Positions 29,313 through 40,649 of a stretch of DNA of 59,057 nucleotides are shown here, one piece after another. A program made the position numbers and the translations under genes. The notes below the pieces were generated by a model. That model made no database searches and was not told the origin of the DNA. It saw nothing but the letters and a program-made list of their open reading frames with translations. The stretch spans positions 1-59,057 of the forward strand of contig JAHQVV010000202.1 of NCBI GenBank assembly GCA_019634195.1. Reading direction: 5' to 3'. Position 1 is the stretch's first letter. Each line of letters starts with the position of its first letter. The stretch comes from Phycisphaeraceae bacterium (GTDB lineage: Bacteria; Planctomycetota; Phycisphaerae; Phycisphaerales; Phycisphaeraceae).

Positions 29313-30459
29313 CTCCCGTGCCAAGCCCGACGAGTCCATGATCGAGCACGACTACCGCGACGCGCTGCCGCGCGGCCCGGCGCACAAACGCGGGGCGGGG
29401 CTCAACCCCGGCAACCGCTTCGAGAACAAACGCGTGCATGTGCTCGGTGATGCGATCGATCGCCAGCGACTCGAGCGGCAGTGGGCGGGCGAGGACGGCA
29501 AGCCGGTCGTCGTGCCGTTGACGGTGTACAAGGACAAGACCAAGAAACTGATCAACCGCGTCGCGCCGACATCAGATGTGCCCTTCGATTGGACGGTGAA
29601 CCCGTACCGCGGCTGCGAACACGGGTGTATCTATTGCTTTGCTCGGCCGTATCACGAGTATCTTGGCTTCTCGCTAGGGCTGGACTTCGAGACGAAATTG
29701 GTCGCGAAATTCGATGCGCCGGAGTTGTTGGCCAGGGAGTTGCGTAAGCCTTCGTGGAAGGGCGAGCCGATCGTGATGTCGGCGATCACGGACATCTATC
29801 AGCCGATCGAGAAGGAGCACCAGATTGCCCGGCGGCTGCTTGAGCAGATGGTTTCCTGCGGCCAGCCGGTGACGACGATGACCAAGAACACGCTCGTGCT
29901 GCGGGATACGGAGTTGTGGGCGTCGGCGTCGGCGATGAATACCGGGCGCGTGACGGTGACGCTCGTTACGCTCGACGATGTCTTAGCCAGCAAGCTCGAG
30001 CCACGCGCCACGGCCCCGAGTGGTCGGCTGCGCATCATCCGTGAACTGGTCCGAGCTGGCGTCAACGTGTCGGTGAATATCGCGCCGGTGATCCCCGGGC
30101 TGACGGACAAGGAGATGCCGGCGATTTTGGATGCGGTGGCGGATTTAGGCGTCAAGCGGGTGGCTTGGGTGATGCTCCGGCTCCCGCACCAGCTCAAGGG
30201 CTTGTTCATGGACTGGCTCCGGCGGGAGGTACCGCTGCGGGCCGGGCACGTCGAGTCGCTGATACGGCAGGTGCACGGCGGCAAGCTCTACAACAGCAAG
30301 CAGGGCCAGCGCGGCCGGGGCAACGGCGCGATCGCGGCGCAGATCAAGCAGGTCTTCGACGTCTACTCCCGGCGTTACGGGATCAACCGCGATGTCCGCC
30401 CGTTGCGCACCGACCGGTTTCGGCGGCCACGCATGGATGGGCAGATGGGGTTGTTTTGA
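29296..30459 (+). CDS. PA0069/SplB-like radical SAM protein (putative DNA repair)
   Basis: NPYRGCEHGCIYCFARP, TDIYQPIE, LEPRA and APVIPGLTD motifs. Confidence 0.9.
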   Translation: MQESEHSRAKPDESMIEHDYRDALPRGPAHKRGAGLNPGNRFENKRVHVLGDAIDRQRLERQWAGEDGKPVVVPLTVYKDKTKKLINRVAPTSDVPFDWTVNPYRGCEHGCIYCFARPYHEYLGFSLGLDFETKLVAKFDAPELLARELRKPSWKGEPIVMSAITDIYQPIEKEHQIARRLLEQMVSCGQPVTTMTKNTLVLRDTELWASASAMNTGRVTVTLVTLDDVLASKLEPRATAPSGRLRIIRELVRAGVNVSVNIAPVIPGLTDKEMPAILDAVADLGVKRVAWVMLRLPHQLKGLFMDWLRREVPLRAGHVESLIRQVHGGKLYNSKQGQRGRGNGAIAAQIKQVFDVYSRRYGINRDVRPLRTDRFRRPRMDGQMGLF

Positions 30460-30494
30460 CGTTTAGACCGTCTTGCATGGTGACTTCCCGGCTT

Positions 30495-30534
30495 GGGTGC
30501 CACACCGCGACCCGAAGGGCGCGGTGTGGCACCC
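30495..30534. repeat. Perfect 15-bp inverted repeat (REP-like)
   Basis: GGGTGCCACACCGCG-acccgaaggg-CGCGGTGTGGCACCC. Confidence 0.75.
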
Positions 30535-30852
30535 GCGGATATGATTCTGCAAGAGGCTCTAGCTGGCCGCTTGTCGGGCGGGTCGATCGGGGGACAGGCC
30601 CGCCGGCTAACGCAGCGGCCCCGCCATCTCGGCAGGAGATTGTGAGTTATCAGCAACGATCGGCGGTTGGAGTGGCCTGAAACGAGGCCCGATAGGGAAC
30701 ATATCGCCCCTGACCGCGGTTTAGCCGATAGAAAGCTGGTACACGCCTTGCACCGCGGATGGGCAGGCAACTGATTGAGGTTTGCCGCCTGACGAAACGA
30801 CTTGCCCGTCCTAGAATGGCGTTGAGCACAACACCAACCAACGGATTGCACG

Positions 30853-33414
30853 ATGTTTGAACGATTCACCGACCGAGCCCGCAAAGTCATGGCCCTGGCC
30901 AACCAGGAGGCCCAACGCTTCAACCACGAGTACATCGGCACCGAGCACATCCTGCTCGGGCTGGTGAAAGAAGGCTCGGGCGTCGGTGCCAACGTCCTCA
31001 AGAACCTGAACGTCGATCTCCGCAAGGTCCGCCTCGAGGTCGAGAAGCTCGTCAAGTCCGGCCCGGACATGGTCACGATGGGCAAGCTGCCCCAGACCCC
31101 GCGGGCCAAAAAAGTGATCGAGTTCGCGATCGAAGAGGCCCGCAACCTTAACCACAACTACGTCGGCACCGAGCACCTGCTGCTTGGGCTCTTGCGTGAG
31201 CACGAAGGCGTCGCGGCACAGGTCCTCATGAACCTCGGGCTCAAGCTCGAAGAGGTCCGCGAGGAAGTGCTCGAACTACTCGGCGCTGGTGTCGATCCCG
31301 AAGAGGCGACCGGCGGCGAGGAAAAATCCTCCGGCGGCGAGCGACCGTCCGGCAAGGGCGGCAAGTCCAAGACCCCCGCGCTGGACAGCTTCGGCCGAGA
31401 CCTGACCGAACTGGCGCGCGAAGGGACGCTGGACCCGGTCATCGGCCGGGCGAAAGAAATCGAACGGCTCGTGCAGATCCTCTGCCGACGCAGCAAGAAC
31501 AACCCCGTCCTGCTCGGCGAAGCGGGCGTCGGTAAGACCGCGATCGTCGAGGGCCTGGCCCAGCAGATCATCGGTCAGGACGTGCCCGAGATTCTGCTCG
31601 ATCAGCGCATCGTCGTGCTCGACCTGGCGATGATGGTCGCGGGCACCAAGTACCGCGGTCAGTTCGAAGAACGCATCAAGGCGGTCATGAACGAGGTGCG
31701 TCGCGCCAAGAACGTGCTGCTGTTTATCGATGAGCTGCACACGCTCGTCGGTGCCGGCGGCGCGGAGGGCGCGATCGACGCGAGCAACGTACTCAAGCCC
31801 GCCTTGTCTCGCGGCGAGATCCAGTGCATCGGCGCGACGACGTTCGACGAGTACCGCAAGTACATCGAGAAGGACAACGCGTTGGCCCGACGGTTCCAGG
31901 CGATCACGGTCAACCCGCCGAACGTCGAAGACACGGTCGAAATCCTCAAGGGGCTGCGTGAGCGTTACGAGCAGCACCACCGCGTGAAGATCACCGATGA
32001 GGCTTTGGCCGCTGCGGTCGAGATGTCCGAGCGGTACATCACTGCCCGTGTACAGCCCGACAAGTCGATCGACGTCATCGACGAGGCCGGTGCTCGCATC
32101 CGGCTCAAGTCGATGAGCAAGCCCCCGGACCTGGCAGACATCGAAGAGCAGATCGAGCGGCTGTCGATCGAGAAGGACGAGGCCGTGAAGGCCGCGGACT
32201 ACGAGAAGGCCGCCGAGCTGCGCGACGAGGCCGAGGCGCTGCGTCGTAATAAAGAGCAGATCCAACGCGACTGGCGTGCCAAGTCGCGCGAGGTCGATGG
32301 CGTGGTTGACGAAGAAGTCGTCGCCGAGGTCGTCAGCAAGATGACCGGGGTGCCGTTGACCCGCTTGGAAAAAGAAGAGTCCGAACGGCTTTTGCAGCTC
32401 GAAGACTCGCTGCACCAGACCGTCGCGTCGCAGGACGACGCGGTGATTGCCGTGTCCCGCGCGATCCGCAAGTCGCGCGCCGGGCTTCGTGACCCGCGCT
32501 TGCCCGTCGGCTCGTTCATGTTCATCGGGCCGTCCGGCGTCGGCAAGACGCTGCTCGCAAAAGCGCTGGCCGAGTTTATGTTCGGCGAGCAGGATGCGCT
32601 CATCCGCATCGACATGTCCGAGTACATGGAGAAGCACAACGTGTCGCGCCTCATCGGCGCGCCTCCCGGGTACGTCGGCTACGAAGAGGGCGGTCAGTTG
32701 ACCGAGCAGATCCGCCGCCGGCCGTACTCCGTCGTCCTGCTCGATGAGATCGAGAAGGCACACCCAGACGTGTTCAATATGCTCTTGCAGGTCATGGAAG
32801 AGGGCCAGCTCACCGACTCGTTCGGCCGGCACGTCGACTTCCGGAACGTCATCCTGATCCTGACCAGCAACGTCGGCGCGGACCTGATCAAGAACAAGGG
32901 CGGCTTCGGCTTTAGCAAGCACGACCCCGACGCGGACTACGGCAAGATCAAGAAGACGCTCGAGACCGAAGTCGAGCGGTACTTCCGCCCCGAGTTCATC
33001 AACCGGCTTGACGAGATGATCGTCTTCCGCCCGCTGACCCGCGAGGACCTGTACACGGTCGTCGACTTCGAGCTGGCCAAGGTGTTCAAGCGCCTGGAAG
33101 AACGTCACATGCAGCTCGAGCTGGATCAGGACGCCAAGGAGTTCCTCATCGACAAGGGCTACAACCCCGACTTCGGTGCAAGGCCGCTGCGTCGCGCGAT
33201 TGGCCAGTATGTCGAGGACCCGCTTTCCGAGCAGATTCTGCGTGGCGATGTCCGCGATGGTTACCTGATCAAGGTCACCAAACCAGAAGACAAGGACCAC
33301 CTGGTCTTCGATGCCAGCGAAGCACCGCCGAAGCCGACGCCCAAATCAGATGAGCCGGACTCCGATAACGAGGCCGACGAAGAGGCGGTCTCGCCCGCGG
33401 AATCTAACGGCTAG
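30853..33414 (+). CDS. clpC: ATP-dependent Clp protease ATP-binding subunit ClpC
   Basis: [11 protein letters not shown], two Clp-N repeats, GEAGVGKT and GPSGVGKT Walker A motifs, UVR coiled coil, GFGF ClpP-binding loop. Confidence 0.96.
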   Translation: MFERFTDRARKVMALANQEAQRFNHEYIGTEHILLGLVKEGSGVGANVLKNLNVDLRKVRLEVEKLVKSGPDMVTMGKLPQTPRAKKVIEFAIEEARNLNHNYVGTEHLLLGLLREHEGVAAQVLMNLGLKLEEVREEVLELLGAGVDPEEATGGEEKSSGGERPSGKGGKSKTPALDSFGRDLTELAREGTLDPVIGRAKEIERLVQILCRRSKNNPVLLGEAGVGKTAIVEGLAQQIIGQDVPEILLDQRIVVLDLAMMVAGTKYRGQFEERIKAVMNEVRRAKNVLLFIDELHTLVGAGGAEGAIDASNVLKPALSRGEIQCIGATTFDEYRKYIEKDNALARRFQAITVNPPNVEDTVEILKGLRERYEQHHRVKITDEALAAAVEMSERYITARVQPDKSIDVIDEAGARIRLKSMSKPPDLADIEEQIERLSIEKDEAVKAADYEKAAELRDEAEALRRNKEQIQRDWRAKSREVDGVVDEEVVAEVVSKMTGVPLTRLEKEESERLLQLEDSLHQTVASQDDAVIAVSRAIRKSRAGLRDPRLPVGSFMFIGPSGVGKTLLAKALAEFMFGEQDALIRIDMSEYMEKHNVSRLIGAPPGYVGYEEGGQLTEQIRRRPYSVVLLDEIEKAHPDVFNMLLQVMEEGQLTDSFGRHVDFRNVILILTSNVGADLIKNKGGFGFSKHDPDADYGKIKKTLETEVERYFRPEFINRLDEMIVFRPLTREDLYTVVDFELAKVFKRLEERHMQLELDQDAKEFLIDKGYNPDFGARPLRRAIGQYVEDPLSEQILRGDVRDGYLIKVTKPEDKDHLVFDASEAPPKPTPKSDEPDSDNEADEEAVSPAESNG

Positions 33415-33445
33415 GCCGCGCAATCGTTACAACCCGTGCCAAATG

Positions 33446-33478
33446 ACAGCCCTGCCCTGCGGGGCTGTTTTTTATTTT
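33446..33478 (+). terminator. Intrinsic terminator after clpC
   Basis: ACAGCCCTGC-cct-GCGGGGCTGT-TTTTTATTTT. Confidence 0.8.
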
Positions 33479-33498
33479 GAAACAACCGTGACATGCCT

Positions 33499-33526
33499 TT
33501 AGCGGGCCTTGGGTCGGCGTCGATAG
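33499..33526 (+). promoter_or_regulatory. Sigma28-like promoter of the HDOD-GGDEF gene
   Basis: TTAG-N16-GTCGATAG versus consensus TAAA-N15-GCCGATAA. Confidence 0.4.
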
Positions 33527-33589
33527 TCAAGGGGTAACGAACTAGATGGAGACGGCGTGCGATGATGTGCCGCCGCTTAGGGGCCAGCT

Positions 33590-35083
33590 ATGCCGGTAGA
33601 CGCTCAACTTATGGACCGCCTGTTTAGCTCGCCACAATTGCCGAGCATGCCCGCGGTCGCGATGCAGATCATTGACTTGGTCCAGCAGGACGAGGCCAAC
33701 GTCGACAAGATCGCCGAGACGGTCAGTCTCGACCCGGCCCTGTCGACCAAGATGCTTAAGACGGTGAACTCAAGCTTCTACGGCCTGCCCAAGACTGTCG
33801 GCTCAGTACACCAAGCGATCGTCGTGCTCGGGCTCAACAGCGTCAAGACGCTGGCGCTTGGCTTCTCGCTGGTCGGCAAGCTCACGCAGTCCGGCGGCGA
33901 AGGCTTCGATCAGATCGCGTTCTGGCGACGCAGCCTCTACTGCGCCACGGCGGCCAAGGTGCTGTGTGAAAAACTCAACATCGTCCAGGCAGAAGAGGTT
34001 TTTATGGCCTCGCTGCTGCAGGACGTCGGCGTGCTCGCGTTTTCGCAGGTGCTCGATGACGAGTACTCCGAGATCCTGAATGCGACCGAAGGCGACCACC
34101 GCAAGCTCAGCGCAATCGAACGTGAAAAACTCGGCGGCGACCATACAGAAATCGGCGGCGCACTGACCGAATCATGGGGCCTGCCGCCGCTGTTGGTCGA
34201 GGCTACCCGCCTGCACGAGCCGGCGGACGAGGCTGAAGACAGCATGCTGCAACTGATTCGCGTGGTGAACGCGGGTGCCTTCGTTGCCGAGGTGATCGAG
34301 CACCCCGAAGATCAGGAGCGGGTCAACAGCTACCGCGAGCGCTTCGCCAACTGGTTCGATATCGAACAGGCAGAAGCGGACGAGCTGCTTGAAACGACCT
34401 GCCGAAACGCAAAGGAAACCCAGCGGCTCTTCGAGCTGCCGACCGGCGATCTGATTAACCCAGACGAGATCCTCGCCCGGGCCAACCAGGCGCTCGAGCA
34501 GATCAGCCTGCAGAACGCCCGCACGACCGGGGAGTTGCAGCAGGCCAACAAAGAGCTGGAGAAGAAGGCTACGCGCGACGCGGTGACGGGGCTGTTTAAC
34601 CGCCGGCACTTCGATGAGAAGCTTGATGAGAACTTCCTGGCCGCCGGGCCGGACAAGCCGCTGAGCCTGGTCTTTATCGACCTGGACCACTTCAAGGCGG
34701 TCAACGATACCTACGGCCACGACGCGGGCGACGCGGTGCTCGTCGCGATCGCAGAAACCGTCACGCAGACCGTCGAAGGCAAGGGCGACGCGTTCCGCTA
34801 CGGCGGCGACGAGTTCCTGATGCTGAGCACGGGGATGAGTCGGAACGATGCGGCGGTGCTCGCCGAGCAACTCCGCGTCAATATCATCAACGCGATGTCC
34901 AAGCTGACCATCGGCGAAGAGGGCGTCAATCCCGGCGTCACCGGTTCGATCGGCGTGGCAACCTACGACGGCACGCTGTTTAAGCGGCCCGAGCAGCTGG
35001 TCAAGGCCGCGGACAAAGGCGCCTACGCCGCAAAGACCAGCGGCCGCAATGCCGTGCGCGTCTTCGTGCCCAAGGCCGCGTAA
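33590..35083 (+). CDS. HDOD-GGDEF diguanylate cyclase
   Basis: LPSMP, DPALSTKMLKTVNSSFYG, WGLP; DAVTGLFNRR, DLDHFKAVNDTYGH and RYGGDEF. Confidence 0.93.
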   Translation: MPVDAQLMDRLFSSPQLPSMPAVAMQIIDLVQQDEANVDKIAETVSLDPALSTKMLKTVNSSFYGLPKTVGSVHQAIVVLGLNSVKTLALGFSLVGKLTQSGGEGFDQIAFWRRSLYCATAAKVLCEKLNIVQAEEVFMASLLQDVGVLAFSQVLDDEYSEILNATEGDHRKLSAIEREKLGGDHTEIGGALTESWGLPPLLVEATRLHEPADEAEDSMLQLIRVVNAGAFVAEVIEHPEDQERVNSYRERFANWFDIEQAEADELLETTCRNAKETQRLFELPTGDLINPDEILARANQALEQISLQNARTTGELQQANKELEKKATRDAVTGLFNRRHFDEKLDENFLAAGPDKPLSLVFIDLDHFKAVNDTYGHDAGDAVLVAIAETVTQTVEGKGDAFRYGGDEFLMLSTGMSRNDAAVLAEQLRVNIINAMSKLTIGEEGVNPGVTGSIGVATYDGTLFKRPEQLVKAADKGAYAAKTSGRNAVRVFVPKAA

Positions 35084-35092
35084 TCAGATCGA

Positions 35093-36175
35093 TTAATCAA
35101 GCAGCAGTTCCGCGATCTGTACCGCGTTGAGCGCGGCACCTTTGCGCACCTGATCGCCGCAGACGAACAGGTCCAGGCCCTGCCCCCCGGGCTGGCTCAG
35201 GTCGTGGCGGATCCGGCCGACGAAGACATCATCGACGTGCGACGCGTCCAGCGGGGTGGGGAAGCGGTTGCCCGCGCGGTCGTCGATGAGCGACACACCC
35301 GGCGCATCGGCCAGGAGCTTGCCCGCTTGCTCTTCGGTCAGGGGCCTTTCGAGTGTCAGGTTGATCGACTCGGCATGGGCACGCATCACCGGCACACGGA
35401 TGCATGTTGCGGTGATGGCGGTCTTGGTGTCCTCGGCCTGGCCCCAGATCTTGTGTGTCTCGTGCACCATCTTGAGTTCTTCCTCGTTGTAGCCGTTCTC
35501 CTTCAGCGGGGAGTTGTGGCTAAAAAGGTTGAACGCGTACTGCTGTGGGAAGATGTCGCAGGTTGGTTCGTCGCCAGCGAGCACCTCGCGGGTCTGCTGC
35601 TCAAGCTCGGCCATCGCAGCGGCCCCGGCCCCGGAGGCGGCCTGGTAAGTGCTGACCACGAGACGCTTCACACCCACCGCGCGGTGGATCGGCGTTACGG
35701 CCAGGAGCATGATGATCGTCGAGCAGTTCGGGTTCGCGATAACCCCCGGAACTTGGCCCTCTGCAAGGCCGATGTTTGCTGCGGTGATGGCCTCGGGGTT
35801 GACCTCGGGCACGACCAGCGGCACGCCATCGGTCATCCGGAACGCGGACGAGTTGTCGACGACGATGGCACCGGCGTCGGTGGCGGCCTGTGCGTACTGC
35901 TTGCTGATCGACCCGCCGGCAGAGAAGAGCGCGATATCAACGCCCCCAAAGCTCTGCTCGGTCAGCTCGTCGATGACGATCGGCTTGCCCTGGAATTCGA
36001 CGGACTTGCCGGCCGAGCGGGCCGAGGCGAGCAGCTTCAGGCCGCCCAGCGGGAAGCCGCGCTGATCCAGCACGCGGAGGAACTCCTGGCCCACGGCCCC
36101 GGTCGCACCAACAATGGCGACGGTGGGGTGGGTTGTACGGCGGGTCGTGGTCGGTTGCATCCCGGCGGACGTCAT
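35093..36175 (-). CDS. asd: Aspartate-semialdehyde dehydrogenase
   Basis: GATGAVG, DNSSAFRM, NPNCST, STYQAASGAG and RKGAALNAVQIAE motifs. Confidence 0.96.
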   Translation of the reverse strand: MTSAGMQPTTTRRTTHPTVAIVGATGAVGQEFLRVLDQRGFPLGGLKLLASARSAGKSVEFQGKPIVIDELTEQSFGGVDIALFSAGGSISKQYAQAATDAGAIVVDNSSAFRMTDGVPLVVPEVNPEAITAANIGLAEGQVPGVIANPNCSTIIMLLAVTPIHRAVGVKRLVVSTYQAASGAGAAAMAELEQQTREVLAGDEPTCDIFPQQYAFNLFSHNSPLKENGYNEEELKMVHETHKIWGQAEDTKTAITATCIRVPVMRAHAESINLTLERPLTEEQAGKLLADAPGVSLIDDRAGNRFPTPLDASHVDDVFVGRIRHDLSQPGGQGLDLFVCGDQVRKGAALNAVQIAELLLD

Positions 36176-36361
36176 GGCGGTTCTCCATCGTGCAGGTGCG
36201 TTGGGGCGGACGGGCCATTATAGTTGGATCGGCGTCTCATGGGCTGGGCAGAATCTGTCAAAACACCGAGCCGCCGAGGGCTCTGCCGCGTAGAGTTGTT
36301 GGGGCGGCAGGGCGGCGTTTGCTCGGCACCAGCGGGCCTATGGCAAAAGGAATTGCACACC

Positions 36362-39300
36362 ATGCCCATATCCTTCTTCTGCAGGCTCGTCGGTGCGACA
36401 CTTGCTGCCCTGTGTCTGGCAGGCCCGGCGATGGGGCAGAACCCCAACGTCACGGTCGATGATCAGCCCACCGCCGAGCAGCGGCTCGAGGAGGTGCTGG
36501 AGCTACGTCGAGCTAAGCGCTACGCCGAGGCGGCGGAGCTGGTGCAGGAAATGATCGACGCGTCGGCGTTTAAGCTGGTCGCGTTGGGCGAGGGCAGCTA
36601 CTCGGACGCGGGGCGCTGGGCCAACGGTGTGCTGCTGTGGGATGGCCGATTGCGACAGGCCTACAACGAGCGCTACAGCGCGGCAGCCGAGCGGGCTTAT
36701 GAGCAGGCGATGGCCTCGGGTCAACAGCTCACCGCGTTATCGCGGGTCTACCGCCGATATGCAGCGACGGACGCCGGGCTCCGGGCGGGGCTGGCGGCGT
36801 CGGGTTTGCTGCTCGAGTCCGGTCAGGCCGAGTCCGCCCAGCCCCTGATCGCGCAGCTGCTTCGTCACCCAGGCAGCGGGGCCGCGATGAAGACGCTGCA
36901 GATGGTCCGCGGTGCCGCGGCGGCGTACCTGCAGGATGAATCCTCGCTCGGAGATGCCATCGATCGGCTTGAGGAAATCGACGCAGCTTCGGCGCAAGGG
37001 CTTGCCGAATTGGCGGCGTCGATCCAGCCGGTACAGTTCGCCGTCGATCAGGCCATGGTGGACGCCGGGCCAAAGCCCGTGTCGATCCGCGTATCGCTCT
37101 GGGATCAGTCGCTGGCGACAGCGGACAACGCGTCTCGCTGGCGTTTGTCGGACCAGTCGGTTCGGCCGATGATCACGGCCGGGTTCGTCTTGTTGAATAA
37201 CGGCAGGCAGATCGTCGCGCTGGACCGCGCGTCGGGCCAGCGTGCCTGGGCCTACCCGGTGGACGACGATAGCTCGGTGCAAAAAACCATCACCGCCCAG
37301 CGTTGGCAGGACGACCGCACCGTCGCCCGGGCGCAGGGCAAGGTCGCGGCGGTGCTCGGCGAAAGCCACGGCATCACCGAGCGGCGCAACCCCAATGTCC
37401 CGCCTAACGACCTGGCTTGTGTCGATGAGCAGACCGGCAAGGTGCTCTGGACACGCACCGCGGGGGACTTCCGCGAGGACGAGCCGACCCTCGCCGCGGA
37501 CCGACGTGTCGGGCGGCTGAACCTGCAGCTGACACACTTCGTCGGCACGCCGGTCATGACCCAGGGCAAGGTCTTCGCTGTCTTGCGCCGCGCCAGCAGC
37601 GAGGCCGACACGCAATCGAGTTGGCTCTTGGCCTACGATGCGGACACCGGCTCGCTGCTGTGGTACCGGCACCTCGCGCTCGTTTCGCTCAGCTACACCA
37701 ACGCCGACTCAATGCGCGTCAGCCCCCGGCTCACGCTGCACGGCGACACGATCTATATGAGCGATGGCCTGAGCAGCATCGGCGCAATCGACCTGCATAC
37801 CGGCGGCTACCGCTGGCTGCGCGTCTTGCCCGTCGGCAGAGAGAATACGCGCAGCATCGTCGCCAGCACACGCGGGCTACAGAGCGGGCCCACCGTCACC
37901 TCGGCCGGGCTGCTCGTCCCGCTCTCGCTGAGCAGCGACCGACTGATGCTCGTTGACCCGGAAGATGGCTCGGTGCTGCGGTCTTTTAAAGAAGATCCTG
38001 TGCTGAGCAAGACCCGGTACACGCTGAAAACAAGCAAGGGCGTGCTGGCGATCTCCCAGACCGCGATCTCGCTCTGGGACGCGGACAAGGCCGCGGTCGC
38101 GTGGACCTTTGCACTCGGCGGTGGCGAGACAATGCGCGGGATGGGTGTGGCGTCGCTGCGATACGCCGTGCTGCCCACGAACCAACGCCTGCTGGTGCTC
38201 GACCTCGAGACGGGCGAGCTCATCGAGCAAGCCAAGTCCATGATGTCTTCGGTCGCCCTGCACGATGGCGAACTCTACACCGTCGGCGAGGGTCGGCTGC
38301 ATGCTTTCACCAGTTGGGACCGCGTGTACAAGCGGCTGGTCCAGCAGGTCGAGAGCCGGCCTGAAGACCCCTCGGCCGGGCTTTCGCTTGCCTCGATCGC
38401 GCTGCGCCAGCAAGACCAGCCCGACTCGGTAATCCAGGGCGTCGGCCACGCGATGGACGCGGTCGCCCGCCAGCCCCCGCGACGGCGCGCCGAGGTTTCA
38501 TCGCATGTCTTTGAACAGCTTCGGCTGCTGATCCCACAGGCCGAGCAGCCCGAGTTGCGTGAAGCGCTCTACGAACGCCTGGCCCTGGTCACGCAGACCG
38601 CGGCGCACGAAGCGGCGTACCACCTCGATGTGGGGCTGTTCTTTGCTCAGCGCGGCGATACTTCGCGCGCGATCGATCACCTGCACGCCGTGATTTCCGA
38701 GCCCGCGTTTGCGGGCGCGTCTTACGAGTCCCAAGGCGTGATCCGCCCCGCGGGAAGCATTGCACGCCAGCAGATCAAGCGGCTGATCGAGCGGCATGGC
38801 CGGGGTGTTTACGCGCGCTACGACGCGCTGGCGCGGGCGCAGATGAACGCGCTGACCCAAGCGGGCAACCTGAGTTCCGCATCTTTTACCGCGATCGCCC
38901 GGCGGTTCCCGCTGTCGCCCCTGGCCGGCGAACTGTTGATTGAAGCGGCCGACGCGAGTGCCGCCGAGCGGCGCCTCATCGCCGCCGCCAGCCTGTACAA
39001 GCAGGCGTTGTCCAGCGCGGTCGGTGCTCGCCAGCGCGAGCACGCCGCGGGGAAACTGCTCCAGTTTTACCTCGACACCGGTCGTCCAGGGGTTGCGGCA
39101 GAAGCTCTGACCTACCTAACCACGCAGCACCCGGGGCTTGTCCCCAAGGCACAGGCCCAGACGCTCGAGCAGTGGCACCAGGCCATCGCTCAGGCTCCGC
39201 CAACGCCCGACAAGCTCACCCCGCTCGACGCGTCGCTGGCTGCCCCCGTGTTGATTAAGGGCTGGCTCATCCCGCCTGCAACGACTCGGCGCTCGGCTTC

Positions 39301-40468
39301 ACCGGCAGACCACCTGTACCTCCAACAGGACGACAATACCGTCACCTGCCATGCCCCGGCCGATCCGGGCAAGCCGCTGTGGACGACACCCTCGCCTGAA
39401 ACCGCCGGGCCCATCGCGCTCATCGCCGAGCACGCCGAGCAGGTCCTGTTCTGGGGCACCGACAGCGGCGACGTCTTTGCGCTCGACACCAAGACGGGCC
39501 AGCGGCTCTGGCACACGACGCTCAAGTTTGATGAGATCACCGGCAAGCCCGTGCCTGCGCCGCAGCCCCGCGATGGGGAGACGGACACCCTCGTCGAGGT
39601 GTCAGAAACCGTCGTCTGTTTCGCACACCGGGCCAGCGCCCAGGTCATCGCGATCGATCGTGCCTCGGGTGATGTGCTCTGGCGGACAAAGCTCGAGATG
39701 GCCTCGCTCACCGCGATCGATGCCGACGAGTGGTCGGTTGCCGTGGTCGGCAGGGCGGGCCACCCCCAGCAACTCCGCAGCGGCAAGCTGTCATTGTTGA
39801 GCCTGGCGGACGCCCGGCCGCTCCTGCCGCAGGGCCAGGCCCGCATCGCGCTGACACCGTTTGGTGTGCAGTTGCAACGCGGGCAGGTCACCGTGCTGGG
39901 CGCGTCCGGCGTGATGTCGATCGACGCGTCGACGGGCAGGACCCGGTGGACCGAGCGACTCCCTGAGAAGATGCTCACCGGCAACTACGCCATCGCCGGG
40001 CAGCGCATCGCGGTGGAAACCAACACCGGAGAGGTGTACCTGCTCGACGCCGCGAACAAGGGCAAGCCGCTGGGGTCGGTCGCCGTGCGCGGCGGGGGGG
40101 ACCATATCCCGGTGCGCCTGCAGAGCATCAAGGGCACGATCTGGTGCCTCGGCACGCGCGGCGTCTTCCGCATCGGGCAAGACGGCGTGCTGGACTGGAC
40201 CACCCCGATCCCGACACCCCGCAGCACGCCGGCGAGCCTGCTTGTCGGGCAAGACCATGTGGCGCTCATCACCCGCCCCAACCCGGCTCCGGTTGAGAAC
40301 GGCCTGAAGCTGGACCTGATCGAAGCCGCCGGCGGAAGGCTTGTCGAGCAATACGAGATCGGTCCGCTTATCAACGAAGCGCTGCCGACTCACGCCCGGT
40401 CGTTCGGTCAGGGCCTGGCTATCCCTGTGGCGGGTCAGACGCTCATCATCCCGCCCGCCAAGCCTTGA
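36362..40468 (+). CDS. Large secreted PQQ-like beta-propeller + TPR-like protein (BamB-like repeats)
   Basis: Signal peptide; many xDxxTGxxxW blade motifs in two blocks, separated by helical repeats. Confidence 0.8.
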   Translation: MPISFFCRLVGATLAALCLAGPAMGQNPNVTVDDQPTAEQRLEEVLELRRAKRYAEAAELVQEMIDASAFKLVALGEGSYSDAGRWANGVLLWDGRLRQAYNERYSAAAERAYEQAMASGQQLTALSRVYRRYAATDAGLRAGLAASGLLLESGQAESAQPLIAQLLRHPGSGAAMKTLQMVRGAAAAYLQDESSLGDAIDRLEEIDAASAQGLAELAASIQPVQFAVDQAMVDAGPKPVSIRVSLWDQSLATADNASRWRLSDQSVRPMITAGFVLLNNGRQIVALDRASGQRAWAYPVDDDSSVQKTITAQRWQDDRTVARAQGKVAAVLGESHGITERRNPNVPPNDLACVDEQTGKVLWTRTAGDFREDEPTLAADRRVGRLNLQLTHFVGTPVMTQGKVFAVLRRASSEADTQSSWLLAYDADTGSLLWYRHLALVSLSYTNADSMRVSPRLTLHGDTIYMSDGLSSIGAIDLHTGGYRWLRVLPVGRENTRSIVASTRGLQSGPTVTSAGLLVPLSLSSDRLMLVDPEDGSVLRSFKEDPVLSKTRYTLKTSKGVLAISQTAISLWDADKAAVAWTFALGGGETMRGMGVASLRYAVLPTNQRLLVLDLETGELIEQAKSMMSSVALHDGELYTVGEGRLHAFTSWDRVYKRLVQQVESRPEDPSAGLSLASIALRQQDQPDSVIQGVGHAMDAVARQPPRRRAEVSSHVFEQLRLLIPQAEQPELREALYERLALVTQTAAHEAAYHLDVGLFFAQRGDTSRAIDHLHAVISEPAFAGASYESQGVIRPAGSIARQQIKRLIERHGRGVYARYDALARAQMNALTQAGNLSSASFTAIARRFPLSPLAGELLIEAADASAAERRLIAAASLYKQALSSAVGARQREHAAGKLLQFYLDTGRPGVAAEALTYLTTQHPGLVPKAQAQTLEQWHQAIAQAPPTPDKLTPLDASLAAPVLIKGWLIPPATTRRSASPADHLYLQQDDNTVTCHAPADPGKPLWTTPSPETAGPIALIAEHAEQVLFWGTDSGDVFALDTKTGQRLWHTTLKFDEITGKPVPAPQPRDGETDTLVEVSETVVCFAHRASAQVIAIDRASGDVLWRTKLEMASLTAIDADEWSVAVVGRAGHPQQLRSGKLSLLSLADARPLLPQGQARIALTPFGVQLQRGQVTVLGASGVMSIDASTGRTRWTERLPEKMLTGNYAIAGQRIAVETNTGEVYLLDAANKGKPLGSVAVRGGGDHIPVRLQSIKGTIWCLGTRGVFRIGQDGVLDWTTPIPTPRSTPASLLVGQDHVALITRPNPAPVENGLKLDLIEAAGGRLVEQYEIGPLINEALPTHARSFGQGLAIPVAGQTLIIPPAKP

Positions 40469-40570
40469 CCACGGCACCGAACGCAAAAGTTCAAGTCGGT
40501 TTGCGTATTCTTTGCTGCCCGTGTCAGTCGCTGGCACGTCGTACTTGGATTGATCGGCCCACCACGTCGC

Positions 40571-40606
40571 AAAGAAAAACGCCCACCTCTTTACAGAGAT
40601 GGGCGT
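40571..40606 (-). terminator. Intrinsic terminator of the PEP-CTERM gene
   Basis: ACGCCCACCTCT-ttac-AGAGATGGGCGT preceded by AAAGAAAAA on the + strand. Confidence 0.7.
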
Positions 40607-40649
40607 CGGAGAAAATGATTGGTTGTCAGCATGGCTGATCGGCTTGAAC

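Noticed and set aside
30715-30735. Sigma28 promoter for clpC (GCCGATAG)
   Set aside because: No matching -35; a TAGAAT -10 at 30812 explains clpC better.
31276-33300. 674-aa antisense ORF
   Set aside because: Shadow of clpC caused by high-GC codon bias; no motifs.
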